DNA from: an uncultured virus (IMG/VR IMGVR_UViG_3300025844_000001)
Lineage: Duplodnaviria; Heunggongvirae; Uroviricota; Caudoviricetes; Demerecviridae
IMG/VR virus record: IMGVR_UViG_3300025844_000001
Direction: 5' to 3' (one strand)
Length of the DNA stretch: 64,000 nt
The position numbers and the translations under genes were made by a program. The notes under the pieces were generated by a model. The model was not told the origin of the DNA. It saw nothing but the letters and a program-made list of their open reading frames with translations, and ran no database searches. Below are positions 57,237-64,000 of this stretch, piece after piece; positions within the stretch are counted from its first letter, which is position 1; every line of letters starts with the position of its first letter.

Positions 57237-57442
57237 TGTCAGGTATATCAATAGTAGAAGATACCAGTTTGCAAAAAGCTGAGTATGCATCCGTAGCTCT
57301 AGATATGCTACAATATGCTAAGGAAGAAGGTTTAGGTGCAGAAGTATTAATGACTTATACTAACCTAGTACGTGAAGACACCGCTATATTTTGGAATGCC
57401 ACACAATTAATGGAAAGGGCATTACTAGAGTGGGATTTATAA
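57236..57442 (+). CDS. hypothetical protein
   Basis: Coupled; ALLEWDL end. Confidence 0.7.
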   Translation: MSGISIVEDTSLQKAEYASVALDMLQYAKEEGLGAEVLMTYTNLVREDTAIFWNATQLMERALLEWDL

Positions 57443-57690
57443 TGGGGATAATGGATGAACCTAATCCTTTTAGGGAAAATAGTGTTAAGGTAGATATGCC
57501 TTTTGCTGACGATAGTAATCAAGGCAGAATGCTTACGTATAAAATCTATATAGTACAGACTATGTTAGAGCTAGCACTGAGAATCTCTACCAGGGAGTTA
57601 CAAGATTTATATACTAGGGTAGATACCTTAGTAGCAACTGGTAGGTATTTAGAGATTCTAGAGTTGATAGAGTCCTACGATAAAGATTAA
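57442..57690 (+). CDS. hypothetical protein
   Basis: TAATG coupling, start MGIM. Confidence 0.65.
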   Translation: MGIMDEPNPFRENSVKVDMPFADDSNQGRMLTYKIYIVQTMLELALRISTRELQDLYTRVDTLVATGRYLEILELIESYDKD

Positions 57691-57764
57691 AAATCTACTT
57701 TACTCATTACTTATAAAAACGTATAATAATTACTTAATCAATTGACTACAAAGGAAATACAAAT

Positions 57765-58190
57765 ATGACTACACCATTCAAATGGACTGACGAGTTACGT
57801 GCTGTTGCTGTTGAAGAATACAAGAACCGTATTGAAGAAGTAGCGGAAAACGATCGTCCTAGCCACACACAAGAAGTTGCGGAAGGCTTAGCCCAAGAGT
57901 TAGGTTGTACTTTAAACTCACTTCGCACAATCTTACAACGTGCTAAAAATCCAGATGGTACATCCGTCTATATCTCTAAAGCAGCAGCTAAAGCCAAAGC
58001 TACACCTAAAGATGGTGCTGTAGCAGGCAAACGTCGTGGTAAAGCCGAATCACATGCAGACTTAGTTGCCGCTATTCAAGCAATGGCTGGTGAAGATGCA
58101 GTAGATATGGAAGTTATTGAAAAGTTAACAGGTAAAGCCGCAGATTACGTTACTAGCGTGTTATTAACAATTCAATCAGATTCTGAATAA
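57765..58190 (+). CDS. D3: T5 D3-like protein
   Basis: WT.EL..EY..RP..KA.SHADL. Confidence 0.85.
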   Translation: MTTPFKWTDELRAVAVEEYKNRIEEVAENDRPSHTQEVAEGLAQELGCTLNSLRTILQRAKNPDGTSVYISKAAAKAKATPKDGAVAGKRRGKAESHADLVAAIQAMAGEDAVDMEVIEKLTGKAADYVTSVLLTIQSDSE

Positions 58191-58202
58191 TAGGGGCTTG
58201 TC

Positions 58203-58523
58203 ATGGATGCAAATAAATTCGAAGATTTAATGACTAAATATGGTGTGTCGTTTATTACGTACACACCTGAAACTGTCATTAACGGAAGAAAATCAACATT
58301 CGTAGTTGGCACAACCGACTTCAATGATAAACATATAGCTCGAATCGAAGCTAAGAATAAAGCTACGTATGGTTCCCCTAGACCAGAAGTAGGTGAGGGC
58401 GAAGTGTTAATCTTCTCCTATTCTAAAGATAAATTCCGCACTCTATCACTAGAATCTATTAAACAAGTAACTAGTTTAAATGCTGAATTGAAAAAGTCTG
58501 CTCGTGTTTCCCGAGGAAATTGA
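58203..58523 (+). CDS. T5-like conserved hypothetical protein
   Basis: VGTTDF; position after D3. Confidence 0.75.
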   Translation: MDANKFEDLMTKYGVSFITYTPETVINGRKSTFVVGTTDFNDKHIARIEAKNKATYGSPRPEVGEGEVLIFSYSKDKFRTLSLESIKQVTSLNAELKKSARVSRGN

Positions 58524-58806
58524 GCAACTAGAGGACTTGGGTTCTAAGATAGTGTGTGACAAAGGAGACAAACAGCTTAGGTTGGCTGTCTCCGAGTTTA
58601 GGGACACGCTATATGTATCATTAAGATGGTGGAAGCTATCTTTTGATGAAGAAACTTATTACCCAACCAAAGAAGGTGTAACATTACCCTATACTATCGA
58701 CTCTGTTGCTAGTCTATGGGGTTCTTTAGTATCGCTAATGAGCGAAGGCGAAGTAATAACTAAGCTACTAGAGCATGGCATCGACCTAAGAAAGCCCACT
58801 GAATAG
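58504..58806 (+). CDS. PC4/p15-like ssDNA-binding protein
   Basis: VSEFRD..YVSLR.W..PTKEG. Confidence 0.85.
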   Translation: MFPEEIEQLEDLGSKIVCDKGDKQLRLAVSEFRDTLYVSLRWWKLSFDEETYYPTKEGVTLPYTIDSVASLWGSLVSLMSEGEVITKLLEHGIDLRKPTE

Positions 58807-58818
58807 GTGGGCTTTTTT
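58790..58818 (+). terminator. intrinsic terminator
   Basis: AAAGCCCAC..GTGGGCTTTTTT. Confidence 0.8.
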
Positions 58819-58887
58819 GTATTCTTTTATTGACTATATGCTTAAATTAGCGTATAATATCTTTATTGAATTGAGAAAGGGCTAATA

Positions 58888-59082
58888 ATGAAAAATACCG
58901 ATAAGTACAGAGTAAAGCTGAGACTTGTAGTTCAAAAAGGACGTAAGTACTCAATGTACGTAGTACAAGAGAAATGTAGCTTATTAGGTATTATTAGCTA
59001 CTGGAAAGATACGGGTACAACTTCTAGGGATGCATCCCATATAAACTACCTAGTTAATAAGATGAACAAGGAATATAAATGA
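58888..59082 (+). CDS. hypothetical protein
   Basis: Promoter plus leader. Confidence 0.65.
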   Translation: MKNTDKYRVKLRLVVQKGRKYSMYVVQEKCSLLGIISYWKDTGTTSRDASHINYLVNKMNKEYK

Positions 59083-60077
59083 AAGACTTAATTGCAAAAT
59101 ACCAAGAAGCTTACTACTTAGGTAATCCCTTGATTACTGACGAACAGTATGATGCTCTTGTTTCCCACAACGAAGATAGCGAAACTAGTATAGGGCCAAC
59201 AGGTGACATAGATCATCTAAATCCTATGTACTCGCTACAGAAGTTCTACCCTTGTCGTGGTGATACATTACCAAATCATGTAGGATGGGTAGAATCCAAT
59301 AAGCTAGACGGTGCTGCTTTAGAGCTAGTATACGAGAAAGTAGGTGTTGATTTATACGTATTAAATCGTATAGTTACTCGTGGTAGTGTAGCTGCTGGTA
59401 TGATAGTTCCGCATATTCGCCATGCCCACTTAAAAATACCAAGTTCTTTTGAACTAAACTCAGTACACGACTTTATCCAAGTTAATGGCGAAGTAGCAGC
59501 TACTAAAGATGTAGATAACGCCCGTAACTTAGCTAGTGGTAAATTACAGTTATCTAGTGATACAGAGTTTGCAGAAGAAGCCGCTAAACTAGGACTTATG
59601 TTCTTTGCCTACAATGTAACTGGTAAAGGTACAGTACCTCTTACAGCTACATATACCCAAGATATGGTAGAGCTTGATAAATTTGGTTTTAATACTGTAC
59701 TGGGAGTACCAGAATTACTAAGTGCAAAACCGATGCTAAAAATTGCATTTGATGGTAGAGTGCTTCGTATGGATGATAATGCTCAGTTTTATAAACTAGG
59801 ATTTACTGCTAAGTTCCCAAGAGGTGCATTCTCGATAAAAGAAGATAAAGAGTTTATGGTAACTACGTTACTATCTATTGAGTGGAATACAGGTAGAACT
59901 GGTAAAGTAGTGCCTAAAGCTATTATTGAACCAATAGAAATTGATGGAGCCAAAGTATCTAAGGCCACTTTAAACAATCCTAAATTTATTGAAGCTATGG
60001 GACTTTATGTGGGTTGTAAAGTGAAGATTATTCGTTCTGGAGAAATTATCCCGTGTATTATTGGGATGGTTGAATAA
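59079..60077 (+). CDS. ligA: NAD-dependent DNA ligase subunit A
   Basis: AYY.G..D..YD, KLDG, GE, RN.ASG, DG.V, GRTG, TLNN, RSGEIIP. Confidence 0.93.
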   Translation: MKDLIAKYQEAYYLGNPLITDEQYDALVSHNEDSETSIGPTGDIDHLNPMYSLQKFYPCRGDTLPNHVGWVESNKLDGAALELVYEKVGVDLYVLNRIVTRGSVAAGMIVPHIRHAHLKIPSSFELNSVHDFIQVNGEVAATKDVDNARNLASGKLQLSSDTEFAEEAAKLGLMFFAYNVTGKGTVPLTATYTQDMVELDKFGFNTVLGVPELLSAKPMLKIAFDGRVLRMDDNAQFYKLGFTAKFPRGAFSIKEDKEFMVTTLLSIEWNTGRTGKVVPKAIIEPIEIDGAKVSKATLNNPKFIEAMGLYVGCKVKIIRSGEIIPCIIGMVE

Positions 60078-60332
60078 CTCCTAACCTAAATTATAAAGTA
60101 ATCTTGACGTTTAGCATTTACTTAGCTATAATATATTTTCTCTTTTGAAGCAATCCACTAAATACTGTGAGGCACAGAAGTTTAAAATATTTCTTTACTA
60201 ATCGATTTATATCAGTTATAATAGTTTTAGAAATTAGGTAATGAGCAGCAAGCGAATAGCAAACCTAAATAGATTAAAAATTTGCTTGACTGGCTTGTCA
60301 CTTAACTAGTATACTAATAAGGAATTAAGAAA

Positions 60333-61103
60333 TTGATTCAAATACCAAAATATTGCCCGTCTTGTGGTGAACTGCTTGAAATGACAGCTACAGAATTATT
60401 CTGTAGAAATACTGAAGATTGTCCTGCTCAGAATACTAAGAGATTAGAGAACTTCACTAAAGTGATGAAGATTAAAGGGTTGGGAGAGAAATCTATTGAG
60501 AAACTATTTGAACATGGATTCATTAGTATTCCTCAATTATACGAAATTACATTAGATGAATTAACCGATATTCTTGGTATCGCCAACGGTACAAAGATAT
60601 ATGACGGAATCATAGCGTCAAGGTCACAAAAGCTAGAGTTATTTATTCAAGGCTTAGGTATTAAATCTATCGCATTATCTTCAAGCAAAATAATTGCAAA
60701 CAAGATTAAGAAGATAGAAGCGCTTAGGTCTCCAGAGTTACTAACTGAATCATTCGTAAAAGAGTTAGGTAAAGTTAAACATGCTAGTCTTGTTAGCTTT
60801 ATTGAAAGTCCTTTATGCGATAGGGTATTAGCTTTAGATCTTGATTTGCAAAGTCCAGTAAGTTTAACAAGTACCACTGCAATTAAAGGGTGTGTTTGTA
60901 TTACTGGCAAATTAAATGACTTTCCTAATCGTGGAGCAGCAGAAGCTTTCTTATTGCCTCTAGGATGGGAATCAAAAACCTCAGTTACTAAAGTAGTAAC
61001 TCATCTTATTTGTGAGGATGACTCGAAGAAGTCAAGTGCATCTTATAAGAAAGCTGTAGCTATGGGAATCCCCATTGTTACTATTAAACAACTAACTTCT
61101 TAA
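60333..61103 (+). CDS. ligB: NAD-dependent DNA ligase subunit B (Zn finger-HhH-BRCT)
   Basis: CPSCG..C..CPAQ, IKGLG, CITGK..SVTK. Confidence 0.9.
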   Translation: MIQIPKYCPSCGELLEMTATELFCRNTEDCPAQNTKRLENFTKVMKIKGLGEKSIEKLFEHGFISIPQLYEITLDELTDILGIANGTKIYDGIIASRSQKLELFIQGLGIKSIALSSSKIIANKIKKIEALRSPELLTESFVKELGKVKHASLVSFIESPLCDRVLALDLDLQSPVSLTSTTAIKGCVCITGKLNDFPNRGAAEAFLLPLGWESKTSVTKVVTHLICEDDSKKSSASYKKAVAMGIPIVTIKQLTS

Positions 61104-61132
61104 AATAAAATTTCCTTGGAGGAAAACTATAC

Positions 61133-61879
61133 ATGTCAAACAATAAAATCACTTGGAACGAAGAAAACACCGCAACTCTAGAAGCTTCAGTAGCTGGAAT
61201 GGAAGTTGTATCTCAAGCAACTGTTGCTGAAATCGCAGAAGCTATGGGTGGAAGTACACGTTCAGTAGGTGCTAAGTTACGTAAACTTGGTCACGAAGTA
61301 GAAAAAGCATCAGCTAAAGCGTCAATCTGGACTGCTGAAATGGAAGCTGAACTACGTTCATTCCTAGAATCACATGATGCAACTCACACATATGCTGAAA
61401 TTGCTCAAGTATTATTTAGTGGTGCTGGCATTACTGATAAGCAAGTTCAAGGTAAAATCCTCAGCATGGAATTAACTGGTTCAGTTAAACCTACTCCTAA
61501 GCGTGAAGCAAAACGTACTTATAGCCCTGAACAAGAAGCTATCTATGTTGAAATGGCAGAAGCAAACGCATCTCTAGAAGATATTGCAGAAGCACTTGGT
61601 GTTTCAGTTGTTTCAGCTCGCGGTAAAGGTTTAAGCCTTGTTCGTGAGGGTCGCTTAACAGCTCAACCAGTACAAGCAACTTCAACGGCTGCACGTCGTA
61701 AAGACCCATTAGATGGTTTAGATATCGCTGGTTCTACACTAGAAGCTTTATGTACCGCTACTAATATGTCAGCTCGTGGATTAAAGAATATGCTAACCCG
61801 CCGTGGTATTAGCTGTCTTGACCATGATGGTGCTAAGAAACGTGCCTCATTAGACGCAAAGAAAGATTCTGCTGAATAA
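61133..61879 (+). CDS. D5: T5 D5-like DNA-binding protein
   Basis: RSVGAKLRKLG, TYAEIA, KQVQGKILS.ELT, MLTRRG. Confidence 0.9.
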   Translation: MSNNKITWNEENTATLEASVAGMEVVSQATVAEIAEAMGGSTRSVGAKLRKLGHEVEKASAKASIWTAEMEAELRSFLESHDATHTYAEIAQVLFSGAGITDKQVQGKILSMELTGSVKPTPKREAKRTYSPEQEAIYVEMAEANASLEDIAEALGVSVVSARGKGLSLVREGRLTAQPVQATSTAARRKDPLDGLDIAGSTLEALCTATNMSARGLKNMLTRRGISCLDHDGAKKRASLDAKKDSAE

Positions 61880-61900
61880 GCAACACGTTTTATAACCATT

Positions 61901-61928
61901 AAGGGGAGGCTTCGGTCTCCCCTTTTTT
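61901..61928 (+). terminator. intrinsic terminator
   Basis: GGGGAGGC-TTCG-GTCTCCCC-TTTTT. Confidence 0.85.
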
Positions 61929-61943
61929 ATTAGGAACAACAAA

Positions 61944-62774
61944 ATGATTAAGTACAAAACCGATAGTATAATGTCAACTAAAGGTAATGCTCTGCAGCAC
62001 ACTAGTAATATACAAGCAGTCTGTATTACAGAGGAGGACTTATTCGCTGCAATGGAAAAGGTAGAGTTACCTATGCCAATTCAGTTTAGTAAGGATAAAG
62101 ATAATATAATAGGTAATGTAGTAGAATTATTTAGGTCAGAGTATTTAGGTGAGAAAAGCATAGGTGCTATATTTGAGCTACATGAGGAACTATTAGATGA
62201 TAAATTAAAGTTATCTATAGGTTTTACCTGTGTACCTACCCTAGGTAAAAATGAAGAGATAGAGCTACTAGCATTTAGAATAAAGCTATTCTTTATTGAA
62301 AAGTCCTTAGCTTATGACGATATTGCCCCTGTACATCTATTAGGAGAAACAAAAATGATTAAGTGCAAAACCGATAGTATAATGTCAATTATAGCTAATC
62401 CAACTAAAGAAAATATAGCTATGTATGGTAGAGGTAGTTATGTAATCTCAGTAGATGAACTAAGATTAGCTGTATCTAAGGTTAAGCTTCCAATGGTAAT
62501 ACTAGAAGATTATAGAGAGGATTTACCTCCAGTTGGTGTAATAACAGAACTATTTGAATCTGTTCATAATGGATTATTTAGTATTGGTGCCCATTTTAAC
62601 TTAATGCCAAATAATAACTTTAAATACGTATCAGTAGGTTTTAGTTTCTTATGTAAAGATGAGGATTCCTCTAGTAATACAAAGTTTATTAAAGACGTAG
62701 AAATAGTAAATGCTGCTGCTTTTACTATTACAGGATATGATGATGTAGCTGAATTTAAAATCCTGGAGGACTAA
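61944..62774 (+). CDS. hypothetical protein made of two duplicated domains
   Basis: MIK.KTDSIMS occurs twice. Confidence 0.75.
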   Translation: MIKYKTDSIMSTKGNALQHTSNIQAVCITEEDLFAAMEKVELPMPIQFSKDKDNIIGNVVELFRSEYLGEKSIGAIFELHEELLDDKLKLSIGFTCVPTLGKNEEIELLAFRIKLFFIEKSLAYDDIAPVHLLGETKMIKCKTDSIMSIIANPTKENIAMYGRGSYVISVDELRLAVSKVKLPMVILEDYREDLPPVGVITELFESVHNGLFSIGAHFNLMPNNNFKYVSVGFSFLCKDEDSSSNTKFIKDVEIVNAAAFTITGYDDVAEFKILED

Positions 62775-63082
62775 TGAGAGTATTAATTATTTCACCAGAT
62801 GAAGAATCTATTTCCCCCCAACAAGCAATTGAGCAGGCTAAGCTTGCTCATGGCTCCTACGCAACGGTAATTGCTCTACCATCCTCTGGCAATGATTACG
62901 CCAACTTATATTTCTGTGCTCAAACTCTATTAGCCGAGAAGATTGCGAATATTCTAGTTGACTCTAAGGACAAAGAGTATTATAATATTGCAAAAGATAA
63001 GTTAATAACAGATGTAATTACCCAGTTTAGGGAGATATTAGATGAAGTAGTATCTGATACAGAAGAAAAGATGAATAAATGA
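62774..63082 (+). CDS. hypothetical protein
   Basis: Coupled ORF. Confidence 0.7.
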   Translation: MRVLIISPDEESISPQQAIEQAKLAHGSYATVIALPSSGNDYANLYFCAQTLLAEKIANILVDSKDKEYYNIAKDKLITDVITQFREILDEVVSDTEEKMNK

Positions 63083-64000
63083 ATGTAGAAGCAGTAGTAA
63101 TATATCTGCTGCTAAAATCAGAGTCAAGAGAGGAAGCGTTAACTAGGTATACAGAAGTAAAGAGAGAGTACTTTACCCCTGCGTATACTTCGATTCTACA
63201 AGCTATATCTAGGTTTTATGATAGACATGGTAAAATGCCCACTTTAGGGGAGCTGAAGTTAGATAGTTCTCGTAGTCCTATGCTTAGCATTAGTATAGCA
63301 GCATTAGAATCACTAGATATACCTGACATTACTGACTTTGACTTAGCAATAGAAACCTTAAAGGATCAATATACCCAACAACAATTTTTAACGTTGATAT
63401 CTAAAGCAATTGATGATATTTCGTTAAAGTCATCTTCGGAGATAATGGAACTAGCAAACTCTATTCCTGTAACTCTAGAAGAATCTATAAAACCATCATC
63501 ATATATGCATACAGCTAGAGATATTACCATCTTCAAAACAAAAGAAGATGCCGCAGAAGAAGTTATGTACTCAGGTATCAGTAATAAACTGGATGCAGAG
63601 TATGGAGCGTTACGTCGTGGTGAAGTATTCCTTATAGGTGGTAGACGTGGTGCAGGTAAATCAGTAATATGTATTAATATTGCTAAAAAGTCCGTGCAAG
63701 AAGAAAAGTTATTTGTACCTTATTTCTCTATAGAAATGTCAGCAGAAGAAACAATGCTACGTTATATAGGTATATGTGCAGGTATTGATGCAATTAAAGT
63801 TCGTAACCAAGACTATACCATTACAGATTTAGAGAACATGGCTAGAGTTCGTGCCGATATGTTTATAAATGGTAGAGAGATTCTAGCTAGTTGTGGTACC
63901 TTAGTAGAATTTGATGACTTTATTAAGTTAGAAAAACTGCTACAGACCCAAGGCATAGATGACCCAGACAAAGGTTTAATTGTAATTGATGACCCGGAAC
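63079..64000 (+). CDS. D6: DnaB-like replicative helicase (T5 D6-like), truncated by window end
   Basis: Read manually: MNVEAVVIYLLL..GGRRGAGKS..YFSIEM. Confidence 0.88.
   Translation, partial: MNVEAVVIYLLLKSESREEALTRYTEVKREYFTPAYTSILQAISRFYDRHGKMPTLGELKLDSSRSPMLSISIAALESLDIPDITDFDLAIETLKDQYTQQQFLTLISKAIDDISLKSSSEIMELANSIPVTLEESIKPSSYMHTARDITIFKTKEDAAEEVMYSGISNKLDAEYGALRRGEVFLIGGRRGAGKSVICINIAKKSVQEEKLFVPYFSIEMSAEETMLRYIGICAGIDAIKVRNQDYTITDLENMARVRADMFINGREILASCGTLVEFDDFIKLEKLLQTQGIDDPDKGLIVIDDPE

Noticed and set aside
59079..61103. Split DNA ligase as a novelty or pseudogene
   Set aside because: Two-gene ligA/ligB is the normal T5-like state; the gap holds promoters
51008..61899. Minus-strand ORFs in the rightward arm
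   Set aside because: Antisense shadows of replication genes

Overview
AT-rich lytic phage DNA with T5-like (Demerecviridae-like) architecture, based on recognisable obp, D2, D3, split ligA/ligB, D5, D6, holin and dnk homologues. The host cannot be determined from sequence. Layout: 1-1000 is a repeat- and palindrome-rich non-coding end. 1054-50515 is a leftward-transcribed arm with early hypotheticals, a NAD-salvage locus, an RNA-repair cluster, a lysis cassette, about 26 tRNAs covering all 20 amino acids, many extra structured RNAs, and nucleotide-metabolism genes. 50967-64000 is a rightward replication module. Best leads: (i) a helical protein gene followed by a ~280-nt closed RNA holding 13 in-register heptamers; (ii) a Namat/NAMPT gene split into two separately translated halves by an intron-less HNH gene, in an operon with a Prs/Adps homologue (NARP1-like); (iii) two D-armless tRNA-Arg-like RNAs and several other non-canonical CCA-ended RNAs; (iv) a promoter-driven ~370-nt orphan ncRNA. 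All calls and RNA folds were made by eye, with no database searches.
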